Source of the DNA: Auanema rhodensis
Lineage: Eukaryota > Animalia > Nematoda
Direction: 5' to 3'
Assembly: GCA_964057225.1 (NCBI GenBank)
Contig: OZ059896.1
Span: forward strand, 17,794,001 to 17,858,000
Length of the DNA: 64,000 bases
A model generated the notes under the pieces. It did no database searches and was not told the DNA's origin. It worked only from the letters and a program-made list of their open reading frames with translations. This document shows positions 1 to 14,585 of this stretch, one piece after another (position 1 is the first letter of the stretch; each line of letters opens with the position of its first letter). The position numbers were made by a program, and so were the translations under genes.

Positions 1-1229
1 AGTTTTTTTCTATATATGTTATAACAGAAAAAGGTATGTCTGATAATTGGATAAGGCAGACACTAATAAACTTAATTAAATTTTTCCATTTTTTAAAAGA
101 ACTGAATACATTAAGATTCAGTTAATACTGATTAAAGTCATTACATCTTCATTAATATTTCTTCTTCAAAAGTAAGATATTGAGACACAACGTTTACTTC
201 TCTTTTACTTTCTCTCTCTGTCTCCCCCTCCCCTCTCTTTCTCTCTCTCTCTCTATTTGTATGCTCTGTATATGTTCTCTTAATGTATTTCTATATATAT
301 GTATATATATGTATATCTTCATGTACCTTTAGTCTACATTTTTCTTTTTCTCCCTATAACCTGCTTTAACTCCCTCCCTCTCTCTTATATTAGATCTCCT
401 TTTTTTTTCTTAGCTAGCCATCCAATTGTTTTCAGGATGTTGGAAAAAGAGGGAGTGAACGAGAACAGAAAATGAGAAAATCGAAGAGAGTAAAAACTTT
501 TTTTGTGTTCTCTTCTACAGGAATTTTATTGAAGAGATTGTAGGCTACGTTTTTCAAAATTTTTATCTTCAACCATATCAATAGCAATGTTGCTTAGCAA
601 TGGAACATAACTAATACAACGGCTGAAAATCCATTAATTTCTTCGCCGATTGCCGTGGGACATACAAGAAATTGCTTTCTAGAAAATGTGCATTTCCATA
701 TATTGAATGAAATAATTTAGTTTTCTATTAATCACCTGTTCGTTCAATACGGAGCTCTACGAGTAGTTTGACTTATTCTCTGTATATGGTGTATACATAT
801 AGTTAGAGATAACTGATATATAGAGAATGTTTTTTTCTCTCTTTTCTATATAAATTACTATAATATTTCTTTTTTTTTTTAATTTTAAATATTGAATTTC
901 TTTTTCCTTTCTTCTCTCAATTCTATATTCCTTGTAACTTTCTTCTTTCTCTCAATCTACTTACCTAGCCGTCAGTCCTCACCCTCTATCTTTCTATCAA
1001 TCTATATACTTCATAACTTTTACCTTGTTTTTTTCTTCTCATATCTATATGTAACCAATAGAAATTAAAAACTTTCACTATTTTCATTCTTTTTCGTATA
1101 TTTTGATAACTATATTGAAAGATTTTCTATGATTTAAAGCTAATTAACCTCCCTCAATCTCTTTAGCTCCTTCTCAAGACAACGAGTCACCTTAACCACC
1201 AAATTTCTTCATATATTAGTCTCAGTTCA

Positions 1230-1232
<3 letters not shown>

Positions 1233-1271
<39 letters not shown>
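1233..1271. repeat. (CT)n microsatellite upstream of osm-9
   Basis: Direct reading. Confidence 0.95.
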
Positions 1272-1275
<4 letters not shown>

Positions 1276-1694
1276 GTATTTCTTTGTTTCCTTCTACATT
1301 TGTGTCTGTCTCTTTCTCTTCTACCTCAATTGATACAACTTTCTGCTACTACCTCTTTCTCAATCATTTTATTGTTTTTCTTCTATTATTTCGAGATGAA
1401 ATTATGAGAAACAAAGTTCTTTCCCTTTTCCATGTTTCAATTTACCTCTAATACTCTACTCATATCTTCAGCTTATATATTCCATTATTCGTTTTTTTTG
1501 TTTCTTGTTTGTACCGTTAATGTGTCATATTTTCGGTTATATAATCATTTTTCCTTACATTTATTTTCATTTACTATGAAAAAGAACATTCTTTTTCTAT
1601 ATATTAACTATATGTATTTAATTATATATCTAATAGTTTATAAAATTCAAAGAAAAAATTCAAAATTTAGCATTCTCTCAATTTCGGCGGCATT

Positions 1695-4600
1695 ATGGGG
1701 GCCGTCATCGCAAAATTTAAACCTAAAAGTAGTCAAACGAAGCAGTTTGATCCGGATGAAAAATGGAGTAATTTGTATCGTGAAATGGAAAAAAATAATA
1801 TTTATCGATGGGTTGGATTAAAAAATGGTAATAATTAATAAAAATAATAGTTTACTTTCTTCTCACATAATTTATTTTAATTTGATCATTTTTTTTTGAC
1901 CGAAAATATGTTTGAAAAAAAAATTTTTATTTCTAATATTATGTATTTATTGATTTTTAAATTAAAAATGTCATAGGTGGTGATCTCATAGCCATTTATG
2001 AACGCGATGGCGAAGAGGGAATTATCAAATTTGCTGAGGAAAAAATTGCTCCAATGCTGTTTGACGAAGGTCAAAATGGACCACATCTCATTACAGTTAA
2101 TGATTATATAAAATGGAAAAAAGCTTCAGTAAGTTGTTAAAAATATTTTTTATTTTTTTTAAAACTTGAAAACTTGAGAATCTCAAACTCAAACTATAAT
2201 CTCTATTATCATTAGTTCGGTATTAGATACTAAATGTATATTCTATTTTAGAATTTGGAGTTGGGTATATCAGATGACGATTCGGAAAGTTTTGAGACAC
2301 GGTTCATAGAACATAAAGCATTATGGAGATTGAATAAACGTGGTGTTAAAGGAGAAAATATTATTCATCTATTACTTAATAGGTATATTTAGTTATTAAT
2401 TATATAATTATTTTATAAATTTATTCTTATATTATAGAGATCAAGAAGTTTGTCATGAAATTGCACGAATATTACTTAAAAAATATCCTGGACTCTGTGA
2501 TGATATCTATATGGGAAATGAAAATTTTGGTTTGTATTTACTATTTTACAAACATAGTTTTAATATTTTATAAAATTAATAAATACTGATATAATTTATT
2601 TTATTCAATTATTCATCTTAGATTCCTAATTAGTTTGCAGTTTTATGGATTTTTCCACCCTCAATCTTTAATTTAATTTCTCTTTATCTTATCTTTACAA
2701 GAAATTCTTAAAATTAAATATAAATAATATTATATATTAACTATATGTATACATATATTTATAATCATATAGGTCAATCTGCTTTACATCTGGCTATTGT
2801 TCATGATGATTATGAGACAGTTCAAATATTACTTGAATGTGGAGCTAATGTCAATGTTCGAGCTTGTGGAGATTTTTTTCGTCCGGAAGGCTGGAGACAT
2901 GGCAAAAAGATATCAGATTATCAAGGTATGACTGTTCATATATTATCAACATCTGCAATTAAAACATGATTTATAAAGGTTATAATCGTTATACACTTTA
3001 AGGCTGGGCATACTATGGTGAATATCCCTTAGCTTTTGCAGCTTGTTTTGGAAATAAAGATATCTATGATATGTTAATACAACATGATGCTGATCCAAAT
3101 AATCGAGATTATTTTGGAAATACAATTCTACACATGTGTGTTATCAGTAACAGTATTGTATGTTTCAAAATTTTTATTTATATTCTATTATACTTTATTA
3201 TTTTAAATTATATTAGGTCGCCGAATTGAAACGAGGCCCCCATCTATTTTTTTCAAAAATTTTTAAAATAAAATTAGAATATATTTAAACGAATACAAAA
3301 TAATATTTTAAATTAATCTCAGATCATTCATCTGAAAAGCTTGCTTGATTTTAATCTCATTTTTTTCGTCTTGTTCGTTGTGGTTGTAGCTCATATGAGC
3401 CACATCTTTTTATATCCCAAAATTAAAGCTGTTTATGGAGAATCTTCTCCAGCTTTCAGCACATGTAATAAGTGGTTTTCCCGCTTCAAAACCGGCAAAA
3501 TGGATCTCGGAGATCGTCATAAACTCGTTGCAACACCAAAAAGGCACTGATCTCTGTTTTCTGGGATGAAAACGGAATCCTCTACTGTGATATTCTTTTT
3601 TATAGAACAATCACAGATGGGGAATACTATTCTGAGCTACTCAGACAGTTTCATGTTGCCATTGAAGCCGAAGATGAGCTCAGAAAAGGAGCATAGTGTT
3701 GTTGCATGACAACGCGTTGTGCGAAAGTATAGCTTGAGGGGTCAAATCTTCAAAACAATACAGAAAAGTTTCGACCTAATAATAACCATATGTATATAAT
3801 GTTTTTTACTTATTATTTTCTTTCAGTCTATGTATTCCTATGCTGTACGACATTGGCAATCACCAGCTGATCGTGATGTTGTTAATGAAGCAGGTCATAC
3901 ACCTATTACCTTAGCTGCTAAATTGGGACGAAAAGAAATTTTCGAGCAAATGTTAGAACTTTCTAAAGTTGTAAGTTACACTGTAAAACTATAAAACTAT
4001 ATATGTAACTAAATGTATATGCACATATATGTCTATACACATAGTTTAATCAGAATCAACTGTAGCTAAATAGCTTCACGTATAATCTGTTCGATTCTGC
4101 TGCATGCTGATAGAATCAAAATTTATTGATAAATGTGAATAAAGCCACAAATTATTTAGGAATTTTGGAGATTTTCGGATATGGCTTGTTCTGCTTATCC
4201 GTTAAACACTTTGGATACAATTAAATTTGATGGATCTACAAGTAGACTAAAATAGGAAAAAAAACTTTTCTATGGATTAATTTTCAGATTATGACTCTGC
4301 ATTGATGATTGTGATTAACGGCAGAACACCAGCTCATCTTGATATGATTGGAAGTGAAGTAATGGAAAGATTATTACAAGATAAATGGCAGGCTTTTGCC
4401 AGGGTGAGTCATTTAAAAAAAGAACTTCTTTGGAAATAAAACAAAATGTATTTTAGAGGGGACTGTATGTTCGTTTAGTTGTCTGTTTTATACATCTTAT
4501 ATTCATTGCTCTATCAGCTGGCTTAAGGCCTACCGAACAAGAGCGTCTTTTCTTTGAAGAACCACGATATGATGACTATGTATAAATTGCATTCAAGCTT

Positions 4601-6935
4601 ACTAACTATGCTAATAATTACAGATTCGTTTGGTTACGGAAACGTTAACTTATGTTTTAACTATGTATTTTTATTGGCAACAAACATTAGAAGTTAAAGC
4701 CCAAGGCTTTGCATCTTATGTACGAAATATGGTCAGAACTTTCCTCTTACTTTCTTCTTTATATATATATTTTTTATTCAATTTCAGTCCACAACACCTG
4801 CAAAAACAATTTATTTAGTATCAAACTTTATGATATTACTTTGTCTTCCATTACGATTAGCTAGATTTTACGAAATCGAAGAAGCTTTGCTTGCTTTCGC
4901 TGTGCCGGGTTCATTTATATATCTTTTATTTTTCGCTAGGTATTCTTTGCTTCTTTTTTCTTTTTTTTTCTTTTTTTTTTGAATTCAAAAATTGTTAACT
5001 TATAGAGTTTTTCGTCTTACTGGTCCATTTATTCAAATGATTTATAATATGATTGCTGGAGATCTCTTCTTATTCGGAATTATTTCGTCTATATTTTTAA
5101 TTCCTTTTTCATTTGGTTATTAATTATATTTACTATCTAACATGCATATATTAACTTATATTTTGTTTCAGTTTTTTATTTTCTTGGTGCTGATATGCCA
5201 CAAAAACAAGATCTGCCAGAAGGCAATGACTATAAATGCAAAGTATCTGGTTATCGCATATTCACCTTTATAACACGAATTGAGACGTTTGTTACTCTTT
5301 TCAGAGCTAGCATGGGTGGTTATGATGTAAGTTTGCAATTAAAAAAATACATATTCACATAATTTGTTTTGCAATTCACATATGTATACACACACATACA
5401 TAGTATAGTATATATGTTGATATATTATACTATTAGTAAAACTATACTATTATATACTATATAGTGTCATATATAATAATCTAACTTATATTATTGTAGT
5501 ATGAAGAGCTTGCATGTTCGAATTATGAATTTTTTACAAAAATTCTATTCGTACTTTATATGTTTGTCATGCCAATTATGATGATTAACATACTTATTGC
5601 CATGATGGGAAATACATATACAACTGTCATTGCTAAAGCCGAGAAAGCCTGGAGACGACAGGTGAAATACAAAAATATCCCAACTATATCATCCATTTCA
5701 TTTGTTTTTATTTACAGCATGCTCAAATTATCATGACGTTAGAACGTTCTTTGGGTCCCAAAAAGCTTATGCAGCACATGCTTAACTACAGTATAAAATT
5801 ACAAGAAGGGTATGTATTACAGATTTCATTTAGATAGAAATAGATTAGATCTCATCGCATTGTAAATTTTCTTCAAATTTATTATTTTAAGGAAATAATA
5901 ATGAAAATTTAATATAAAGAAAATAACAACCGTACAAATCAATGAACATAATAAGAATAAGAAATTACGTAATTCCTATTGCTCACGTCATTCACGTGAA
6001 CTGGCTTTGTACTTCGTGAGATTAGTTGGGACAAATTAGATCAGAAATCAGAAAAAAAATTTTTCTTCTCTTTAATTCTTATGAGAAATGAATGAAATAT
6101 TAATTTTCCATGAATGACATTGCAAAAACCAACGCATTTCTAGGCAAGACGATGAACCAGAAGTTCGTGGTTTGATGGTAGTCAAGAAAACGATTAAAAC
6201 AAAAGCCGGAGCTCGACGTCAAGCTACATTAAATTGGATTCGGCTGGGAAAACGAGTACAGCTTTATCCTTTTTTATCTTCTTTTCTAAGAGCAAACTTA
6301 CTACAATTTCTTTTCTCGAGAAAACGCTTTCATGCTTTTCAAAACGGGATTCTCAAATTATTTTACAAAACAATTATTTTAAGATCATAATACTAGTTGA
6401 AAGACATGGCGTCGATGAAGCAGTTCGAATTGTTCACGGATTTGAACAGATGGACGGTGTGCATGCAGCTGACATCCGCAGGCCTTTAACTCGAAATCGA
6501 CCTATAACTATGTATAACCATGGTCCAGCAGAGGTAAATTCAATTAAGTATTTTTGATCTTTTATCATTATTATACAGATAGTCAAAATTACACCGACAA
6601 CGGCGGAGCCCCGAGAGTTAACCCCACCTGATGTACAATTCGAGATTATACGACCACAAACTTCAACGCAAATGCAGCCATCTTCTATTATGAAAAAAAG
6701 ACCACAGGCTATACTCAGTGTTGATAATCTTAGAGATTTTACACTTCAAGTGGTTTGTTTTCTATTCAGCCCAAAATATATATTCTCAATTATTTGTTTT
6801 CAGCCAAGATCAATTAATGTACGAGGAAATGTCACCTTCCCTGCACAAATTGATATAGACCTGCCAAATATGCCATCTGGTAGTGCTCCGACGAGGAAAA
6901 TCCCGAAAAGGGAGAGTGCGAGTCGAACAGCATAA
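1695..6935 (+). CDS. osm-9: TRPV cation channel OSM-9 (ankyrin repeats + 6-TM), about 20 exons
   Basis: Spliced translation gives [94 protein letters not shown] and [17 protein letters not shown], all characteristic of nematode OSM-9. GT-AG introns throughout; stop at 6933-6935. Confidence 0.96.
3211..3781 (+). mobile_element. Internally deleted, degenerate mariner (Tc1/mariner) transposon in an osm-9 intron
   Basis: Inverted ends TATTAGGTCG (3211-3220) and CGACCTAATA (3772-3781), including TA flanks. HTH remnant [25 protein letters not shown]. Catalytic-domain remnants [15 protein letters not shown]...[11 protein letters not shown] and VLLHDNA in shifted frames with stops. Confidence 0.9.
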
Positions 6936-7100
6936 CGTTTTGTTTTACTTTGAATAATTTTTGAAAATAAAAAGATTTTTACAAATCATGAAAACCTTTA
7001 CTAATGCATCTTAACAACATTGTAACAACTAGTATAAACAATAACAACAACAGATAACAATAACAACAAGAAAAATGAAAAAATAATATAAAAAGAACAA

Positions 7101-10100
7101 TTAAATCAGAGCATTCTTAACCCATTGTACAACAGAAGCATTATTAGTTAATATTTCTTCAAATTGACCCCATCCTCTTTCTTGTTCAATTGTAAGTTGT
7201 TCCAATGTACTAGATAATTCATCAGTTTCGTCATCAACAGACCATATCAATGATCTGAAAACAATCCGAAATTCCTTCAAAATTATATAATATCCAAGCC
7301 ATACCTATGAATCTTTATCGCAGCTGCCATATACGATTGAGCTAGTTCAAAATCGCTATTTGTTCTTAGGACTTCCAAAATCATTTTGAAGAATTTAGCT
7401 AGAACGTCAGCTGGTAAACTTCTGATTTGGAAATCAATAGCAGATATAGACATTTCTTTTAACTTTCCAAACAATTCCAGAAAATCAGAAACATCCTTTG
7501 CTCTTTAAATACAAATTTTGAAACAGGAGAATGAATACTAATAAAATACCTTCGTAAAGAAGAGCTGAAAGAGCTTTCGATCTCCAGAAGATTTCGTTTA
7601 GCTTGCAAAGTTTTTCTCTTTTCAATTTCGTTTTCTTCTTCACCGACATCAAACTCAAATCCTTCTAAAGTTGGAGCAGCCGTCAAGAAGAAGGGAGCCT
7701 GTTTTGGCTTCTTTGGAGCTTCAGCAGGCTTGTTTCTTTCCTTTATCAAAGATAAATCAGACAAGTTTGCCCAGCGTGCAGAACTCAAACCCGAGAACGA
7801 TATAAGATCTTTGTCAAACTGAAACAAAAGTACATGAAGAATCATACGGATGAGCAACTCACTCCAGCTGGAACAGTAATTTCTTCATCTTCGTCATCAT
7901 CACTACTATCTAAAGTGTAAGTTCCCTGAAAAATGAGGAAAATGTATGAAATTCAATGAAAATATTTGAAATACCAAAGCAGAATCCACTTCTGATTCGT
8001 CCCAAGTTGGTTTGTAATCTAATGGTAGAGGTTTGACAGAAATAAATGATGAAAAAAGAACTTGGTTAGCCCAGATATAAATAGCATTGTCACCCTATAA
8101 TCATAACGAAATATAAAATATTAATTCATTAGTTGCATGATACCTCATGAACAGAAGCCAAAAATTCACCAGTAGGATTGAAAGATAATCCAATACATTT
8201 CTTCTCAGACAAAATAACGTCAATGAGTTGTGAAGTAGCAACTTCCCAAACCTAATAATAGAATATAGATTATATTTATAAATATACTGATACATACCTT
8301 TATGTATCCTTCATCATCAGAACACAGCACCCATTTACCATCACTACTAAATGTTAAAGCTGATGGTAAAGCTCCAGGGATAGCAAAAGTACGAACAATG
8401 GTTCGACAAAGTGTATCAACAATACATATAGAAGAATCTGCAAAATAAATTAACTGTAACATAAAATAATTCAATAATTACCATTGTTTGACTTCTTTGT
8501 ACAAGCAATAGCGATTAAATTACTTGTTGGAGATTGGCAACATGACGTCAATGAAAACTTAGATTTTAATTGACTCAACAGTTTTCCTGATGATGCCTAA
8601 ACAATCCAATTATAATAACAAGATAACATATTTACATGATTTACCTGCCAAAATTTCAATTCACCAGATTTTGATCCAGAAATCAACTCAGCACCACGAG
8701 CATCAAGAGAAAGACAAGTTACAGCAGATGTATGTGCTTTAGAATTAATCTAAGATTACAATTAAGAAAACAAAGTATAAAACCTAAAAACTACCTCGTC
8801 ATTATCTTGAGCTTTAGATGGATCAACAAATGATCTGATGAACCTTCCACTTTGAATATTGAATTGATCAATATGTCCTATAGAATGAAACATTTAAAGT
8901 TCACAAGCATGCGAAATTAGAAACCTGTTGAATATCCTACAAATCCAAAGTTTCCACAAGGTGATATACAGACAGAGGTTGCAATCGTAGCAAACAAGGA
9001 AGGAATTTCAGTGAAACGTTTGTGAAGAAGCTAAAAACATATTTCATGAAGCTAAATAGCAATACACAAGCTTACCCTATGTGTTCCTAAAGTATTCTTT
9101 CTTGAAGTCCAGGTAGTTACAACCAAAGTGTCTCTGAAAAATAATAATATCAAAGAAAAACTCTAATTTATTCCCACTTATGGCGACAGAGAATATTGTC
9201 CCAAGCAGATTCTCGACTCCATCCAAAAGATATATCGACAACAGGCTCTAATCTAATTGTTTCAACTGGACGATTCTGTTTCTTAGCTTTTGCTCTAAAA
9301 TGTCAAAAAAGTACTTTAACACACGAAGATCAATTGTTTACCTAGACATGATTCCAGCGCTTCCAAGTTTTTGTCTCATAGTAGCATTCATAACATTAGC
9401 TTTACGAACAGATCCGTCTAAACTGGCAGAAATAATCTGAAAAAAAAAAAACAAAGAAATAAAAAACAATAAATACAGCCTACCTCCTCTTTATTGGCAA
9501 AGTTAACCGCAGTAAGAGGTTGAGCATGTCCTTCAAGAATATTCAATTGTCTAGGCATACCATCCATTCCGTCTAATACCCAAGTTCTAATAGAATTGTC
9601 GGCGGAAGTACTGATCTGAAAAAAATTGAACAGTTAATAATAGGCATGCACTGGCTTACCATAATTGGTTCGGAAGGAAGAAAATGTAACCTAGTGACGT
9701 CAGATTTATGAACGTCGACAATTTTTCCAATTAATTCTCTTTTTTCTAAGTCCCAAATCGCAATATGACCACTCTTGTCAGCTGTGCTCATGTAGGGCTC
9801 ACCGTCAGTTCTAAATAATATAATTTAAATTATAAATATGAAGGCTAAACCTGAAGCCAATAGCAGTAATAGCACAGTCATGCTTAAAGCTGCAAATAGT
9901 TTCATCCATTTTGATATCGTGAAGAACGACTTTTCCATTTGAATATCCTATAGCTAAAACATCCACAATAGGAGTTTGTTCTATAACAGTTATTGATGCG
10001 TCCACCACTAAAATAAAAATTTTAAACTAATAAAAACCATTTTAAACGAACATTTCTTAAATTCGTGAATGACTTTTCCAGTGCGTATATTAATAATTTT

Positions 10101-10733
10101 CAGAACACCTTTCGATGATCCAACTACTATCTAAGATGAAAAAATGATATGAAATTGAAAAGAAAATTAACAACCTTATTCAAATAAGTGGCAGGATGCA
10201 TTAATGTTGTAATTTCAAAATGAGGGTTACCTTGAAGATACAAAATTTCTGTTCCAGCAATCTTATCAATAACTTTAATTCCATTATTCTCATCAACAAT
10301 AACCTGAATAGGTATATAATTCATCTAATATGGAATACCAAACTTACTAATTGGTCTCCAAAAATTATCATGTATTTCGTGAATACGTCAACGTTAAATG
10401 TCTTATCTATTGTACGGCAAAACTTGAGATAATGAATATCCTTGCCGGTTGCAGCAAATATACCGCTGAAATACAAATGTTCAATTACAAACTATTTGAA
10501 AATTCTTACGTAGGTTCAGCTACAATACAAGATATGGTATTAGGCAAGGATTTAGAAACTGCTACTGTCCGAAGCTTTGTTGCATTATAATGAAGAATAG
10601 AATTATCAATGGCGCAATATAAAGATGTCATCTTATTCTTGGATAAAGATGTACAAAACGTTGGCTTAACATCGGTACAAACGACCCCCATAATCCGATA
10701 TGGAGCGAATAAAACGGATGGCTTCCTCCTCAT
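7101..10733 (-). CDS. WDR36: WD-repeat protein 36 / U3 snoRNA-associated UTP21
   Basis: LFAPYRIMGVVCTDV start, ITTLMHPATYLNK, WD repeats, and Utp21 C-terminus SGLSSARWANLSDLSLIKERNKPAEAPKKPKQAPFFL ... DFELAQSYMAAAIKIH. Ends WVKNALI*. Confidence 0.95.
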
Positions 10734-11527
10734 GTCTAAAATAAATTATTTAAATTAAATTATTTAAAATATTCATCAAAGTTTCGGAAGAATAAATGCA
10801 ATATGCTATTTAAAAAAAGATTTCACGGGAATTCCGAAGCATTGGGTTTAATTGAAAAGGGATACGTAGTTGTAAGTGATGGCGGCAGCTTTTAGCTTAT
10901 ATACAGTATATCATATAAGTGAATTATTGATAAGTCGCTCGCGCGAGAGAAAATAATCAAAATAAAGCTGAAAGGCTTTATATTTTTTCCACGTTATGCA
11001 GCTTTTTTTTTTCAAATTTTTTTCATTTTTTTTCACTTTTTTTTCTTATTATAATATTTTCCAAATGTTGTTGCTCGTATGGAAATGTTATAATTTTTTC
11101 TTTTACTTACTAATTGGCTTAATAAAGATTGGCATAGTTTTATGGTAAAACTGAACTTCCCATACTTATTACCCGATCAATATATAGAATGAACTTTCAT
11201 ATTCTATTTCAATTGTGCCCAGCTGCTAAAGTTCATTTTCACTTCTTATAAATTTTGGATAAGAAATTTTTTTATTAGTTCGCCACTTTGGCTATTTTTT
11301 TGTTTTTTTGTAACTTACTTTCTTATCCATATGTATGTACCATATGTCCCTTTGATAACCAGCTAATGGCCTATATCTTGGAAAAGTTGATATTCTAAAC
11401 AAAAGAAATTTGATCGTTGATCATCTTCTCGCCCTCCCAACCTCAGATAAAACTTATTAATTCTCAATGTTCGTCCATTTGGTTTATCCATCGGTCTCTA
11501 GTACTAGATTCACTACTTTTGCAGCGG
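10734..11527. promoter_or_regulatory. Divergent (bidirectional) promoter region WDR36 / Smad
   Basis: About 0.8 kb between head-to-head starts. Perfect palindrome CTCGCGCGAG at 10938-10947 in otherwise CpG-poor DNA. Confidence 0.5.
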
Positions 11528-13530
11528 ATGGATTCGGCTACTAACTATAATGGAGAGAATCGCCGAGTTATTGGGAATCATTTCAACAATTATAATACAA
11601 GTAAGGAATAATAGTTACTTAAGTAACATTTAATCACTTACCATTCCAGTAAATCCTATGCATGCAGCTGGTCCTATTCCTGTCTTTTCTGTGCTACATC
11701 CAATGTCAGAGCCACATTCTGTCCATCAGCCACATTACCACAGCCATCCATATGCACACAATTCCAACTATCCAATACATTCCAGTCAAATGTACAATCA
11801 AGAAGGAATTGCTTCAAACAGTCAGAATTCCGGAATGAGTCATGGGCCGCCTTCCGCTCGGGGACCGTCATCAAATGCTAATCAACAAACATCCATAATG
11901 CCTCCTACCGTGCTTTCTCCTCCTGCGAGAGATCGTTTCAAAGTTTGTCTTGTTTGATTTGAGCTATTTAAATAATAATATTCCAGAGTTTCTCACCGCA
12001 GCTATCATATGCTGATCATAATCCATATCAAACAAGTTGGTGTTCAGATTTGGCTTATGAGGAAAACGATTACAAGTGTTATTCTTTCAATGAAAAAGAG
12101 GAGCAAGTAGTAAAATTGATTTTGATATTTGTCTTATCGAACATATTCTCTTTCAGCACATAAACAACAATTATTTTCAAAATAATAATTCTTCTACGCA
12201 GGTTGGTTTTTGAATTTTCTCTTGTTAATTATTGAAATCCTTTCATTACACTTAATGCTTCAAGGTCATTCAAGAATTCATGTTTAGCATGCTTTTTCTT
12301 TTAATAAATTTATTTTCAGGGTTTGTATAGTGTGTCGGATGGAGATCCTCCAGCTTTTGTTATACCTCCCACTGTTCCTCTACCAAATGCTCCAAATATG
12401 GTACATCCGTTAGGAGTATCAATGCAAATGGATTCTAACAAACGTCGATTTAGACCGTATGATACTGTTTAACTATATGTGTGCTTTATCTTTTTTTTTT
12501 CAGGAAAATTGATCCAGCCAAGGTGCTTGAATCACAAAGCCGTCACCCTGATGTAATACATCATTTACCGTGCGAGGACATGGAAGATGATGATGATGAA
12601 TATCCTTTCTTCGAATCTCAATCCGAAAATAATGTTTTTCATAATTGGTGTTTTATTCGTTATAACGAATTTGGTCAACGAGTAATTCTTTTAAACTTCT
12701 CCTGCTTTTCCATTATCACATTTAGCTTGGCCCTACCTTTGCCGGTTGTTCAAGACATGTTCGGGTCGATGGATACTGTGTTGTTGCTCAACCCGATCGG
12801 TTAAGCATTGGTTCTATTGGAAACGGCAATCGACGGCCGGGAGTTGTGAATGTTCGAAGCCAAGTTGGTGAGTTATAACACTTTTCTTCTAGGAACCAAT
12901 ACTAACTCGTACTTATAGGAAAAGGTATAACATTTGATTTTGATGGACAAGATTGCATTTGCTATAATCTCAGTGCAGCCCCCATCTTTCTTCAATGCCC
13001 GCTTCGAGCATATTCGGTAAATTGATGAATTTATCTGTTTATAACCTATGTATTTTAGCTCCAAGAAGATATTTCTACTGTATATAGAGTTCCTGAATGC
13101 AAAGAAGGATGCAGCCCAGGTATTTTGGGATTATTTGCAGTAGGATCATAAGTGTAATATATTTCAGCTGGTTTAAAAATATTTTCTACGACCCATTTCT
13201 TAGAATTGCATGATAAGGCTCTTGCATCAGGAACTATTGAAGCGCTTCATATGCTTCATGTGAATATTTCAAATTATATAAATAGCATTTTAAAATGGTT
13301 TTTTTTCAGAATTATTGTATAGCACGTTTGTCTTTCGTAAAAGGATTCGGAGCTCAGTATGATAGACCTACTATCTTTAATACTCCAGTATGGATAGAAA
13401 TTTTCCGTTCAAAATTCCTACAAATGATTGATCGAGTATGATTTGTCTTTTAAAAGTTTTAAAGTTTTAATCTTATTTTTAGGCTTTGTATAATTTCAAA
13501 ACTACTGAAGGGGTCAGCAGTACATCATAA
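11528..13530 (+). CDS. Smad-family protein with MH2 but no MH1 (DAF-14/DAF-8-like)
   Basis: MH2 motifs WCFIRYNEFGQRLG, VRVDGY, YNLSAAPIFLQCP and IARLSFVKGFGAQYDRPTIFNTPVWIEI. C-terminus GVSSTS*. The N-terminal half is P/H/S/N-rich low complexity. Confidence 0.88.
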
Positions 13531-14585
13531 TCATGTACATACAGTAAAAGTAATTGCACATAGAAGAACTTCCCAAACAGTTTTAATAAAAGTGATTTGT
13601 ATTAAATGTGATTTTTTATTCCTTCAATCTAAGTCCCAAATAAATTTTATTTTATTTAAAATAATGTTTTTATTGTTTCGAGGAAAAATAGAATGTTTTG
13701 AAGGTCTCTGAAAAACGAGAATTACTGGAGGTCAGGTAGTGATTCTGACAGCCCTTCTGGCCAGGTTCCACAGTAAGAGGTGACATCATTTGTCAACAAT
13801 TGAATAATAATTTAGAACGAACTCTTGATGATGTTCAACATAAAGATGCAATAAAAGCTTCGCAATACAATAACTTAAGGGATGACTTTTTAGGAACCTG
13901 ATGACGACAAAGAAACATTATGAATTAGAAATAGTTTTTCAAAACTTGACAATAGCCGTAACAATTTAATATTCAATGAGGCTCTCTAAATCTACTTAGT
14001 TAATGAGCATTCTCATAACAAAAAGTTTTTGGACGAAGGATTTTCATCTTTTGATGTCAACTGCAATCCATTTCTTTAATCTGAACGGATGACCTGCTTG
14101 ATTAATAAGAACATGGGAACGTCTACACTTTCTTTTTTCTTTGGAATACCCACCAGCGAGGAAATAATTAAATAATCTCAAAACAATCTTTTCCCATTTT
14201 ATCGGAGAAACGAGAAACATCAGGCACATACATATTTGACGTCAAGGAAGATGCTGAATTTCTTTTAATATATTTGTCTTCACCTATTGAAGTTTGAAGA
14301 AAATAAAGAAGAGCACGTTGCTTATATTGAATGTTTCGCTATCAATGTCATATGAATTTTGTTTATTTCCTATCATTTTAATGAGTCATCCCTCCTTTTC
14401 AACACATGTGAACTGGAAATAACAAGGAAAAGCTAGTACTATTGCTTGTAGTTTGCTAAACAAAGGCTTGAATCTTTTCAATACTGGTTAATAGACTGAA
14501 ACTCTTGAATGTATAAAGTGGTGAGACTATGACCTCAGGGCATTTATAAGGGCATGCCAATGAGCACATTGACCACTTCCTGCCA

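Noticed and set aside
1432-1821. 129-aa ORF upstream of osm-9
   Set aside because: AT-rich noncoding sequence overlapping the true first exon in a different frame.
10845-10870. GGTTTAATT resembling the 5' end of SL1 RNA
   Set aside because: The match stops after 9 nt; no donor site or Sm site follows.
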